Shown in pieces: positions 37,888 to 47,592 of a DNA stretch of 64,000 nt. How positions within the stretch are numbered: position 1 is the stretch's first letter; each line of letters starts with the position of its first letter. The DNA comes from Alphaproteobacteria bacterium (GTDB lineage Bacteria > Pseudomonadota > Alphaproteobacteria > JAWKYA01). The stretch lies in NCBI GenBank assembly GCA_041396725.1, contig JAWKYA010000005.1, positions 7,250 through 71,249 on the forward strand. Direction: 5' to 3'. A model generated the notes under the pieces. The model did no database searches and was not told the origin of the DNA. It saw only the letters and a program-made list of their open reading frames with translations. The position numbers were made by a program, and so were the translations under genes.

Positions 37888-38742
37888 ATGGATCTTGGGG
37901 ATGCCTTTGCTTATTGTTTCAGAATAGTAAAGCAAGGAGATAAAGAACGTTATCTTCTGTGTTTATTGCCACCTCTAGAATATCGCCCGGCTTTGATAGC
38001 GCTTCATGCGTTTAACGATACCATATCGCGTATCCCTGAGACAGTTTCTGAGCCTCTTCTTGGCCAAATTCGCATGCAGTGGTGGTGGGATGCGATTAAT
38101 TCTCTCTACAAAGGAGGACGACCAGTTGCTCAGCCAATCGTCGAGGCGCTTAGTTATACCGTCAAGCGCTATGCTCTCGATCGAGAATCTTTTGAGCGCA
38201 TGCTTGTGGCGCGCGAGAAGGATGTTGCACAGTGGCAGGCAGAGACCTTGCAAGATCTTGAAACCTATGCTGAGGCAACCTCTGGTGAACTTTTAGCGCT
38301 AAGCTTCGCTGTTTTGGGGGAAAAGAACCAGGATGCACTGCAGGTTGGCCGTACTATAGGTACAGCATACGCTTTAATTGGTCTCGTACGATCTATAGGG
38401 TTTCATGCACGGCAGGGACGTTTCTTGATGCCACGTGATTTAGTGGAGGTGGAACGCGTTAATGTTCGAGAGATATTATCCTTAATACCCAGCCCGGGTT
38501 TAAGCAACATCGTCAATCAGGTTGCAAATAGGGCAGCTTCGCTTATAGCGGTGGCCAGAACGCAATATGCAAAGGTTTCTTATCCGGCACGAACCTTACT
38601 GCTTGAAGCAAGGATAGCCGAGCATCATTTCAAAAGATTAAGGGCTTTGAGATTTAATCCTTTCGATCCTCACATGGCCCAGAATACAGATGGACTCATA
38701 GTCTGGCGTCTCGTACTGCGTCACTTTCTTCGTCTTTATTAG
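37888..38742 (+). CDS. Squalene/phytoene-synthase-family protein (NDUFAF6-like)
   Basis: 284 aa. AFAYCFRIVKQGDKERYL..., FNDTISRIPE, MQWWWDAI. An isoprenoid-synthase fold without an obvious DxxxD pair. Confidence 0.7.
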   Translation: MDLGDAFAYCFRIVKQGDKERYLLCLLPPLEYRPALIALHAFNDTISRIPETVSEPLLGQIRMQWWWDAINSLYKGGRPVAQPIVEALSYTVKRYALDRESFERMLVAREKDVAQWQAETLQDLETYAEATSGELLALSFAVLGEKNQDALQVGRTIGTAYALIGLVRSIGFHARQGRFLMPRDLVEVERVNVREILSLIPSPGLSNIVNQVANRAASLIAVARTQYAKVSYPARTLLLEARIAEHHFKRLRALRFNPFDPHMAQNTDGLIVWRLVLRHFLRLY

Positions 38743-38746
38743 CCAG

Positions 38747-40111
38747 CTATGCAGCCGCGAGGGCAAGAGCAGAGGACTTCAGCCAAGAATCAAGATCGGC
38801 TAAAGCCCGTAGAGCATGGGCTTTTTTGCGGTCAGCACCCTTGCGGCGCAAAACAGCGGTTGGTAAGGGTGGGAAGAGCCCAAAATTAACATTCATAGGC
38901 TGGAAGGTTTCAGCTTCAGCGCCACCCGTGATATGGCGTCGTAAAGCACCTAAGGCCGTGGTCTCGGGGGGTAGGGGAAGTGTTTGACCTTTGCGTTCTG
39001 CCGCCGCAAAACAGCCAGCCAAAAGACCAATCGCAGCGGATTCAACGTAACCCTCAACCCCTGTGATTTGACCGGCAAAACGAAGTCGAGGGAGGGCCTT
39101 TAACCTAAGCTGCTCATCCAGAAGGCGCGGACTATTAATAAAGGTATTGCGATGGAGACCACCTAGGCGCGCAAACTCCGCTTTTTCCAAGCCCGGTATT
39201 GTACGAAAAATTTTAACTTGTTCGGCATGCTTAAGCTTGGTTTGAAATCCAACCATATTATAGAGCGTTCCTAACGCATTATCCTGACGAAGCTGCACAA
39301 CAGCATAAGGACGTTGTGCATCATGAGGATTGGTAAGGCCAACCGGTTTCATAGGACCATACCGTAAAGTTTCTATGCCACGGCTCGCCATAACTTCAAT
39401 AGGAAGGCATCCTTCGAAATACGGCGTTGTTTTTTCCCAGTCTTTAAAATCCGTCTTATCCCCAGCAAGAAGTGCAGCTACAAAACCCTCATACCCTAGT
39501 TTATCCAAGGGGCAGTTGATATAATCCTTGCCGGTTCCATCTGGCCCGTGGCTTGTCATAGCGATTGAAACCAAGCCTTAGAAAGATCGATGCTCGCTGT
39601 ATGAACGATGGGTGCAATGGCATCGAAAAAGCCGCAAGAAGCTTCGCCGGTTAACTTTAGAATGCTCTCAGAAAGAGGAGGTGAGTGAGGGGACCAGTTA
39701 CGATAATGACCGTATCCCAATCCGCAGAGGGTAGACTGCAGAATCTCGCTTCGGTCGATCTGAATAAGGGGATGTTGGCTAAGTTGTTGAGTTATTTCCT
39801 GGTGCAAAACTTTCACGATCTACAGCGAGGGCGCCACCAGCTGGAACCTTATGTGTATCCGCAGATTTAAGAATAAGAGAGTTAAGGCGGCGCATTTCTT
39901 CATGTAGAAGACCGACGGCGTTATTAAGAGCATCGTCTGATCGGAAAGAATTTGAGCACACAAGCTCGGCAAGTTGATCTGTTTTATGGGCTTCAGTTTC
40001 CCGTGTCGGCCGCATCTCGTGCAAAATGACAGGAATGCCTTGACGGGCAACCTGCCACGCAGCTTCACTTCCCGCTAAACCGCCGCCGATAATGTGCACA
40101 GGCTTGATCAT
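38747..40111 (-). pseudogene. trmFO: Methylenetetrahydrofolate--tRNA-(uracil-5)-methyltransferase TrmFO, multiply frameshifted
   Basis: Track ORFs 39779..40111 ([17 protein letters not shown] motif), 39556..39816 and 38747..39574. Additional family segments (TVIIVTGPLT, SRYDK) appear in other frames between 39540 and 39830. Confidence 0.85.
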
Positions 40112-40147
40112 GGGAAGAAATCTAGCGCGGGAACCGTTCTGGGTAAA

Positions 40148-40184
40148 AGAAAACCGCCGCGACCGGTCGGCCGTGGCGGTTTTC
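40148..40184 (-). terminator. Rho-independent terminator after the 40202..40624 gene
   Basis: agaaaaccgccgcg...cgtggcggttttct: a GC-rich stem with A/T runs on both sides (U-run when read on the minus strand). Confidence 0.65.
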
Positions 40185-40201
40185 TAAGTAACCTTTTAGT
40201 A

Positions 40202-40624
40202 TTAGAAGAGGAGGATAAGGCTAATGACACCAAGGGCGATAGCGATATACCCCATAGGGACCTGATAACCGATAAGCTTAGCGCGCAACTCGTCGCCATG
40301 ACGTGCAGCGTGAGGATTTTTGCTCAAGGCATGCATATGAATCAAGCCATAGCCCAGGAGTAATCCGAGGGCGAATTCAATAAAGCTGGCACCGAAACCG
40401 ATCAGCCAATAGATTGGCGCGACAGTAATCGCGCCGATAGCTAGAATTAATCGGATCATACCGATGAGACCAAGGATACAGCCAATAACACCGATCCAAC
40501 CTTGATAAGGAGTAATTTTATCGATGATCTCCCTAGCATTTGGTTGCGCTTTAATAATGGATGGATAGGCGGCCAAGGCTCCAAGCACGATCATAAATAG
40601 GCTAAGGATAAGACCTATGAGCAT
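40202..40624 (-). CDS. Hypothetical four-TM membrane protein
   Basis: 140 aa, four long hydrophobic helices, no motif I recognise. An AT-rich 250-nt leader/promoter region lies upstream. Confidence 0.6.
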   Translation of the reverse strand: MLIGLILSLFMIVLGALAAYPSIIKAQPNAREIIDKITPYQGWIGVIGCILGLIGMIRLILAIGAITVAPIYWLIGFGASFIEFALGLLLGYGLIHMHALSKNPHAARHGDELRAKLIGYQVPMGYIAIALGVISLILLF

Positions 40625-40871
40625 TATATTCCCCTGCGGCTATACGGTGACTGCAGTGATCTCAGTGGAACACTGCATAGACAGAAGATTAATCTATATC
40701 GCAGCCACTGAAGACGCAGAGGGTTTCTCTATGAGAGCTATTATTTTAGATAAAAAACAAATCATAATATATTGATATTTATACATAATATGTCATGTGT
40801 TTAAAAAGGTTTTAGCAAGTGGGGATTTTTCTCTCAGAGACAGACTTAAAGGCGAAATACCCGACTCGATC

Positions 40872-43772
40872 TTAACTTGCTGCCCGGCGTTTTGTTTTTA
40901 CGTTTAAATAAGGCGCCAAGAATTCGCCCGTATAGCTTTCAGGTACGCGCGCCACATCCTCTGGAGTGCCAGTGGCGATAATTCGACCGCCACCACTCCC
41001 GCCCTCGGGACCGATATCGATGATATAATCGGCTGTCTTAATAACATCTAGGTTATGTTCGATGACAAGAACGGTATTTCCTTGTTCAACCAGAGCATAC
41101 AAAACATCCAATAGTTTTCGAACATCCTCAAAATGAAGTCCTGTGGTTGGCTCATCCAGGATATAGAGGGTTTTGCCTGTAGCTCGGCGTGAGAGTTCTT
41201 TAGCGAGTTTGACGCGTTGTGCTTCGCCACCCGACAGAGTTGTCGCGGATTGCCCCACCTTGATATAGCCAAGCCCTACTTTGCTTAAGGTCTCCATCTT
41301 TTCTCGGATCGATGGTACGGCCTTGAAGAATTCAGCGGCCTCATCGACTGTCATATCGAGGATATCGGCAATATTCTTGTCCCGGAAGGTAACTTCGAGA
41401 GTTTCCCGGTTATAACGACGGCCTTTGCAGACGTCGCACTGAACATAGACATCGGGGAGGAAATGCATTTCAATTTTTATCACTCCGTCGCCCTGACAAG
41501 CCTCGCAGCGTCCTCCTTTGACATTGAACGAGAAGCGTCCAGCTTCATAGCCACGGGCTCGTGCTTCTGGTAGCCCTGTGAACCAATCGCGGATAAAGGT
41601 AAAGGCACCTGTATAGGTCGCTGGATTAGAGCGTGGCGTGCGGCCAATTGGGGACTGATCGATGTCTACAACCTTATCGAGGTACTCTAACCCTCGGATA
41701 GAATCATGCTCACCAGGATGGACACGTGCGCCATTTAAGCGGCGTGCACAAGCTGGAAATAAGGTTTCGATGATCAAAGACGATTTACCAGACCCTGAGA
41801 CACCCGTAACACAGGTAAGGGTTCCCAGAGGGATAGATGCAGTGACATTTTGTAAATTATTAGCGCGCGCCCCTCGAATCTCGAGATTTTGACTAAGTTT
41901 ACCTTTGCGGCGCCGTGGCGGAATAGGGATAGATTTTTTACCTGTTAGGTACTGAGCAGTGACAGAGTCTTCACAAGCAAGAACAACATCGGGTGTACCC
42001 GCGGCGACTACATGCCCTCCGTGGATTCCAGCGCCTGGTCCCATGTCAATCAGCCAGTCTGCTAATCGCATAGCTTCTTCGTCATGCTCAACCACGATGA
42101 CAGTATTACCAAGGTCTCGGAGACGTTTAAGTGTATCAAGAAGGCGCTTATTATCGCGTTGATGAAGTCCGATCGATGGTTCATCCAAAACATAGAGAAC
42201 GCCAGTCAAGCCGGATCCAATTTGCGAGGCGAGGCGAATGCGCTGAGATTCACCCCCGGATAACGTTCCAGATGCTCGGGAGAGAGTTAGATATTCAAGA
42301 CCGACATCATTTAAGAAACCGAGACGCTCACGAATTTCTTTTAAAACACGCGCAGCAATTTCTTTTTGCTTGGCAGTTAGGTGCTTAGGTAGATCAAGAA
42401 ACCATCGGTTGATGGCGGCAATCGAAAACTCGCAGACCTCCCCAATATGCTTATCAGCTATTTTGACGGCTAAAGCTTCCGGTTTCAGTCGGTAACCGTG
42501 GCAAGCCTCGCAAGGAGTTATTGTTTGATAGCGGCCGAGTTCTTCGCGTACCCAAGCACTGTCTGTTTCGCGGAATCGCCGCTCCATATTGGCGATAACC
42601 CCCTCGAAAGGCTTCTCGGTACGGTACGATCGGGTACCATCATCGTAACTCATGGCAACTTTGGTATCCCCCGTGCCATAAAGAATGGCTTCGCGGATTT
42701 TCTTGGGTAATTCTTCCCAAGAGGTTTTCATGGAGATCTTAAAATGCCGGCAAAGGCTGGCGAGGGCTTGTTGATAATATTGCGATGTCGAATTGGCCCA
42801 GGGAGCGATCGCCCCCTTTTCGAGGCTAAGAGTAGTATCGGGGACAACCATTTCTGGATCGAAACGCATAGCGCTGCCTAAGCCATCGCATACAGGACAT
42901 GCGCCGTGCGGGCTATTAAATGAAAATAGCCGAGGTTCGATTTCTTCAATGGTAAAGCCTGACACGGGGCAGGCGAAACGCGCAGAGAAAATATGCCGCT
43001 GTTGCGTATCTGCATCCTCAGCAATAACAATACCATCCGCAAGCTCTAAGGCAGTTTCTATGCTATCTGCTAAGCGTTGAGCGATATCTGGCCGGACAAC
43101 TAAGCGATCGATAACAACTTCAAGATCGTGCTTACGTTTCTTATCGAGCTCAGGAACCTGATCGATCTCATGAAGCTTCCCGTCAACTTTGATTCGCTGA
43201 AAACCTCGTTTTTGAAGTTCGCGAATTTCCTTACGATACTCGCCTTTCCGTCCACGAACGAAGGGTGCTAACAGATAAAGGCGTGTACCTTCTTTGAAAG
43301 CTAAGATCCGATCAACCATTTGGCTGATCGTTTGGCTTTCGATGGGAAGACCTGTTGCTGGCGAATAGGGAATGCCGATCCTGGCATAAAGGAGACGCAA
43401 ATAATCGTATATTTCGGTAACTGTGCCGACAGTGGATCGCGGATTTCGCGATGTTGTTTTTTGTTCGATCGATATAGCCGGCGATAAGCCCTCGATCGAA
43501 TCTACATCGGGTTTTTGCATGAGCTCGAGAAATTGCCGCGCATAAGCCGAGAGACTTTCTACATAGCGGCGTTGGCCCTCAGCATATATAGTATCAAAGG
43601 CTAAGGAAGATTTTCCCGACCCCGAGAGACCTGTCATAACAACAAGCTTGTCCCGTGGGATCGTTAAATCCACGGATTTAAGATTATGCTCGCGAGCGCC
43701 ACGAATCCGTATAGCTGGTGTATCGCTAGGGAGTTGAATAACTGAAGGGGCAAGAGAAGGGCGACGCGGCAA
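40872..43772 (-). CDS. uvrA: Excinuclease ABC subunit A
   Basis: 966 aa. Two ABC modules ([18 protein letters not shown]), zinc-finger CxxC pairs. TTG start. Confidence 0.96.
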   Translation of the reverse strand: MPRRPSLAPSVIQLPSDTPAIRIRGAREHNLKSVDLTIPRDKLVVMTGLSGSGKSSLAFDTIYAEGQRRYVESLSAYARQFLELMQKPDVDSIEGLSPAISIEQKTTSRNPRSTVGTVTEIYDYLRLLYARIGIPYSPATGLPIESQTISQMVDRILAFKEGTRLYLLAPFVRGRKGEYRKEIRELQKRGFQRIKVDGKLHEIDQVPELDKKRKHDLEVVIDRLVVRPDIAQRLADSIETALELADGIVIAEDADTQQRHIFSARFACPVSGFTIEEIEPRLFSFNSPHGACPVCDGLGSAMRFDPEMVVPDTTLSLEKGAIAPWANSTSQYYQQALASLCRHFKISMKTSWEELPKKIREAILYGTGDTKVAMSYDDGTRSYRTEKPFEGVIANMERRFRETDSAWVREELGRYQTITPCEACHGYRLKPEALAVKIADKHIGEVCEFSIAAINRWFLDLPKHLTAKQKEIAARVLKEIRERLGFLNDVGLEYLTLSRASGTLSGGESQRIRLASQIGSGLTGVLYVLDEPSIGLHQRDNKRLLDTLKRLRDLGNTVIVVEHDEEAMRLADWLIDMGPGAGIHGGHVVAAGTPDVVLACEDSVTAQYLTGKKSIPIPPRRRKGKLSQNLEIRGARANNLQNVTASIPLGTLTCVTGVSGSGKSSLIIETLFPACARRLNGARVHPGEHDSIRGLEYLDKVVDIDQSPIGRTPRSNPATYTGAFTFIRDWFTGLPEARARGYEAGRFSFNVKGGRCEACQGDGVIKIEMHFLPDVYVQCDVCKGRRYNRETLEVTFRDKNIADILDMTVDEAAEFFKAVPSIREKMETLSKVGLGYIKVGQSATTLSGGEAQRVKLAKELSRRATGKTLYILDEPTTGLHFEDVRKLLDVLYALVEQGNTVLVIEHNLDVIKTADYIIDIGPEGGSGGGRIIATGTPEDVARVPESYTGEFLAPYLNVKTKRRAAS

Positions 43773-44025
43773 AGGGTAGCTTCCGTTGTATTGTATAAGG
43801 AGTCACAGAGTTATCGATGGGAGTTTGGTAAAAAGATATGGGATGGCTCGCATCGATTTTCTACCATATAGGATGTCTTATCCCATTCGCCAAGTGCGTA
43901 AATATATTGGCCTAAGAGAAACGCTGGACCGCAGACGATTTTTATATACCCTTTGCGCGAGAAATCTTAAGTTTGACTATAGGATATATGGTTCAAAAAT
44001 ATGCATAGATCAAAAGGAATACGTC

Positions 44026-44496
44026 ATGGCAGGTAGCGTAAATAAAGTTATTTTAGTTGGGAATCTCGGGCGTGACCCAGAGATCCGTTCCATGCAAAAT
44101 GGGGGGAAAGTAGCTAATCTTTCCATTGCCACCAGTGAAACATGGCGTGATAAAGCAAGTGGTGAGCGTCAGGAGCGGACGGAATGGCATCGCGTGGTCG
44201 TATTTGATGAACGCTTGGTCGATGTGATTGAAAAATACTTGCGTAAAGGTGCTAAGGTTTACCTAGAGGGCCAGTTACAAACCCGTAAATGGACAGATCA
44301 ATCGGGACAGGAAAAATACTCAACCGAGGTTGTTTTGCAACGATACCGCGGAGAATTGACTATGCTTGATAATCGCGGTAGCGGGGGTGGAGAGTCACTA
44401 CCAAGCGATGATCGCGGGATGCCATCCTCACCCACCTCCGGCAGAGGATCTAGTCGTCCCGCTCCTTCTGATCTTGATGATGATATTCCATTCTAG
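44026..44496 (+). CDS. ssb: Single-stranded DNA-binding protein
   Basis: The realistic ATG at 44026 gives [19 protein letters not shown]...TEWHRVVVF. Gly-rich tail ending DDDIPF. The track ORF start at 43786 is an upstream extension. Confidence 0.93.
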   Translation: MAGSVNKVILVGNLGRDPEIRSMQNGGKVANLSIATSETWRDKASGERQERTEWHRVVVFDERLVDVIEKYLRKGAKVYLEGQLQTRKWTDQSGQEKYSTEVVLQRYRGELTMLDNRGSGGGESLPSDDRGMPSSPTSGRGSSRPAPSDLDDDIPF

Positions 44497-44511
44497 GATG
44501 TAGCGTTGAAT

Positions 44512-45432
44512 TTACGAGCGAAGTAATCTTTTTACCCATCGCTCAAGCCGCTTGCCGAATGATACATTATGGCTTTCGCTATAGCGCTGCGCTAATTGTG
44601 TAGGATTAGGGAACAGGTCTGCATCCGCATATCCATAACGGTACGCAAGCTGAAGAACGCGTGGATGGCGCTTCAAAACCTCAGGTTCAAGAGGGTGGTG
44701 TGTGTAGCTGCGGTGATCATCTTTGGGTGAATGCCGCGCTTCTAGAATATCCGGACGGATCGGCAAGCCAATGAAGTTCAGGACTTGCCGAAGAGGGAGA
44801 TCTGAGTCGCCAAAGAGGTTTTCAAATTTGATTTGATGATAGGGCATTTCTGGATATAGAGCCTGTAAATCTTCTCCCCATGAATTAATCTCAAGCCATT
44901 GAAACAGATTTTTTTCAAAAATAGAGAGATTATTCCATAATGCGCGATATTCGAGATGTTTAATCGTTGCTGTTTCTGGGGTCAAAAGATTGGTACTAAA
45001 AAATGTAGCTTCCTCGTCGTTTCGAGGTTGATAAAAATGTAAAGTCGTCATGGAAGCGGCATTGTGCAGGGGGTTGCGGACCATATGCACGAGCCTAAAT
45101 TGTTGCGGAAATTGTTTGTAAAAAGCTGGGATGGCAGCGTAGGCCGGCCATCCAGATTCAATATAGTGTTTATTGCTGAGAGTTCTATGGATAGATTGAA
45201 AATGACGCGTGATGTCTTTGAGGGTACCTTGCTCTCTATCGGCGGATGGTTGACGGAAAAAGTGAACCGACTGATATGAGTTCCCCATCGGCTCATGCAC
45301 GACCTCGGCAAGATCTGAGTAATAGTGCGCAAGCTTATCGGCAAACCATTGGGTTCCTGTACGTCCACAGGATAGAAAGAGAATAACTGAACCCTGAGTC
45401 ATGATCGCTTCCGAGTTTAGCTTCGGATACAT
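44512..45432 (-). CDS. Putative sulfotransferase-family protein
   Basis: 306 aa. The P-loop-like FLSCGRTGTQWF resembles the 5'-PSB motif, and VHMVRNPLHNAAS resembles the RxPxxxxxS 3'-PB motif. Alternative start at 45402 (MTQGS). Lies 24 nt downstream of the ABC exporter. Confidence 0.5.
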   Translation of the reverse strand: MYPKLNSEAIMTQGSVILFLSCGRTGTQWFADKLAHYYSDLAEVVHEPMGNSYQSVHFFRQPSADREQGTLKDITRHFQSIHRTLSNKHYIESGWPAYAAIPAFYKQFPQQFRLVHMVRNPLHNAASMTTLHFYQPRNDEEATFFSTNLLTPETATIKHLEYRALWNNLSIFEKNLFQWLEINSWGEDLQALYPEMPYHQIKFENLFGDSDLPLRQVLNFIGLPIRPDILEARHSPKDDHRSYTHHPLEPEVLKRHPRVLQLAYRYGYADADLFPNPTQLAQRYSESHNVSFGKRLERWVKRLLRS

Positions 45433-45456
45433 TTGATGAGATTAAGCACGACAATT

Positions 45457-47211
45457 CTATGTATTGGCGAATTGCATCTCGTAAAGATGAGCATAGAGGC
45501 CGCCTCGTTTTAGGAGAACGTCGTGAGAGCCCATTTCTACCACTTCCCCCTTATCGAGTACAAAAATTAAATCCGCCTTCGCAACAGTTGTTAAGCGATG
45601 TGCGATAACGATTGTGGTTCGCCCCTCCATCAGAGCGTCCAAAGCTATTTGGACATGGCGCTCTGACTCGGTATCTAGTGCAGCAGTCGCTTCATCTAAA
45701 AGGAGGATTGGTGCATTTTTTAACATGGCGCGCGCAATAGCAATTCGTTGCCGTTGACCACCGGATAACTTAATCCCTTGTTCGCCAACCGGAGTGGCAT
45801 AGCCATCCGGTAAAGAGACAATAAAATTATGTGCTGCGGCATGACGCGCCGCGGTCTCCACTTCAGAATCGGTAGCGTCGGGTTTGCCATAGGCGATATT
45901 TGCCCGGACTGTATCGTCAAAAATGCCGATTTCTTGAGAAACCCAAGCAATCTTTTCTCGGAGCGATGTGAAGTTGGCATAGCGAATGTCATATCCATCG
46001 ATCAAGATACGACCCGAGGTCGGGTCATAAAATCGCGAAATCAGATTGAGGATGGTTGACTTACCAGCGCCCGAAGGGCCGACGAAGGCCACCTTCTGGC
46101 CACCTTTTACAGTAACGGAAACGTTATGTAATGCGGGTATTTTTCGATCATAGCTGAAAGATACGTTCTCAAGTGTTACTGATCCATCTCCTGATGGTAA
46201 GGATTGCGCTTGGGGATGTTCTTTAAGAGTAGGGTAACAGTCGAGGATTGTAAAAATACGACTAGCCGCTGCCATACCTTCTTGAAGCGATGTATAGAGG
46301 TTAGCAAGTCGTTTCATCGGTTCGTATGCCATTAATACGGCTGTGATGAAAGAGATAAAGTCCCCAGCGGTTCGATGATGTTCAATAACGGATAAACCGC
46401 CATAGATAATAACGATCGAGATAGCAAGTCCACCTAGGACTTCCATCAAAGGGCTAGCGATTGCTCGAGTGCGCCCGCCTTTCCAAATCGATGCAAAAAT
46501 TTGATCGATGACACGATCGGCACGGGCGATTTCGTAGGCTTCCATGGCGTAGGCTTTGACATGCCTGATACCTGCAAAGCTTTGTGTCAGTAACCCAGTC
46601 AGCAAGCCAACTTGGTGCTGCATATTTGTCGTCGCTTTACGCATTCTTCTGCCGAGTCGCGACACAGGTACTACCGCTAAAGGGAAGGCTACGAAGGTTA
46701 TGCAAGCCAGGAGCCAGTCTCGGTAAAACATAACGGCGATCAAGAAAATCAGAGTCAGGAAATCTAAACCTAAGCTGGTGAGAATATTCGCTATGGTCGA
46801 TCGAAGAAGATTGGCGTCATTGGCGACGCGCGAAACCAAGCCACCAATCTTTTGGCTTTGAAAAAAGGCAAGATCCAGCATTAAAACATGGCGATAGAGC
46901 CGTTTCTGAATATCTGCAACCATGCTTTGACTAACATAGCTCATGATAGAGGATTGAGCGTAAGAAGAGATCCCTTTAACGATAAAAGTCCCTAAAACAA
47001 CAAAGCTGATTAAAAATAAGGTATCGCGATTTCCTCTACCAAGCACATCGTTGATAACGGGCGCCATTAACCAGGCAAGGGCCGCCGTTGAAGCAGCTAC
47101 GAGAGCCATAAAGATTAAAGCAATGAGGAATTGGAAATAGTATTTGCGAATATGTTCGCGATTGAGGCGCTTAACAAGCGACCATGTAGAAATGTTTGTG
47201 GGTATATTCAT
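45457..47211 (-). CDS. ABC exporter, fused TMD-NBD (MsbA-like lipid/lipid A flippase family)
   Basis: Six TM helices plus an NBD (GPSGAGKST, LSGGQRQRIAIARA, LLLDEATAALD). The track ORF extends to 47289. The ATG at 47211 (MNIPTNIST) is the first ATG in the ORF; the track start at 47289 is a non-ATG codon. Confidence 0.85.
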   Translation of the reverse strand: MNIPTNISTWSLVKRLNREHIRKYYFQFLIALIFMALVAASTAALAWLMAPVINDVLGRGNRDTLFLISFVVLGTFIVKGISSYAQSSIMSYVSQSMVADIQKRLYRHVLMLDLAFFQSQKIGGLVSRVANDANLLRSTIANILTSLGLDFLTLIFLIAVMFYRDWLLACITFVAFPLAVVPVSRLGRRMRKATTNMQHQVGLLTGLLTQSFAGIRHVKAYAMEAYEIARADRVIDQIFASIWKGGRTRAIASPLMEVLGGLAISIVIIYGGLSVIEHHRTAGDFISFITAVLMAYEPMKRLANLYTSLQEGMAAASRIFTILDCYPTLKEHPQAQSLPSGDGSVTLENVSFSYDRKIPALHNVSVTVKGGQKVAFVGPSGAGKSTILNLISRFYDPTSGRILIDGYDIRYANFTSLREKIAWVSQEIGIFDDTVRANIAYGKPDATDSEVETAARHAAAHNFIVSLPDGYATPVGEQGIKLSGGQRQRIAIARAMLKNAPILLLDEATAALDTESERHVQIALDALMEGRTTIVIAHRLTTVAKADLIFVLDKGEVVEMGSHDVLLKRGGLYAHLYEMQFANT

Positions 47212-47592
47212 GAGCAAAGACAAGGAGACGTCGCCTTTTGTTAGGAGAAAATCTATGTAACCCTTCCTAAGAGGTGAGGGAACTGGCAATCTGCCACACC
47301 CGCTAGAAAAACAAGATAATTAGTCCGTGTTTAAAACTCAGGATTTCCAAGCAAATGATAGTATTTTTTGTCTCACCACAGAAATGTGCTTTTTCGGGCT
47401 CTAAGGCCATTGTTCCAGTGCCAAAAATCTGTTATCTCGACAAGAGTGGCGCAAGAAGGTAGTTTTATTTTTGCTTATGAAAATCAATAACTTAAAAAAG
47501 GTTATCGTCGGTGATTGGTCCTGCGGATTCGGGTCATTTCCTGTAATTGCGGATACCTTTAGGTCAAAGGCTTACTTCAAGGAGAATCTGAC

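Noticed and set aside
43773-44025. Search for an alphaproteobacterial SOS box (GTTC-N7-GTTC / GAAC-N7-GAAC) between divergent uvrA and ssb
   Set aside because: Reading both strands by eye, I found no such direct repeat. Absence by eye is not proof, so no regulatory feature is claimed.
43786-44025. 240-nt N-terminal extension of the ssb ORF in the track
   Set aside because: The SSB OB-fold starts at [15 protein letters not shown] (ATG 44026). The upstream extension is AT-rich, non-conserved-looking and would be promoter DNA.
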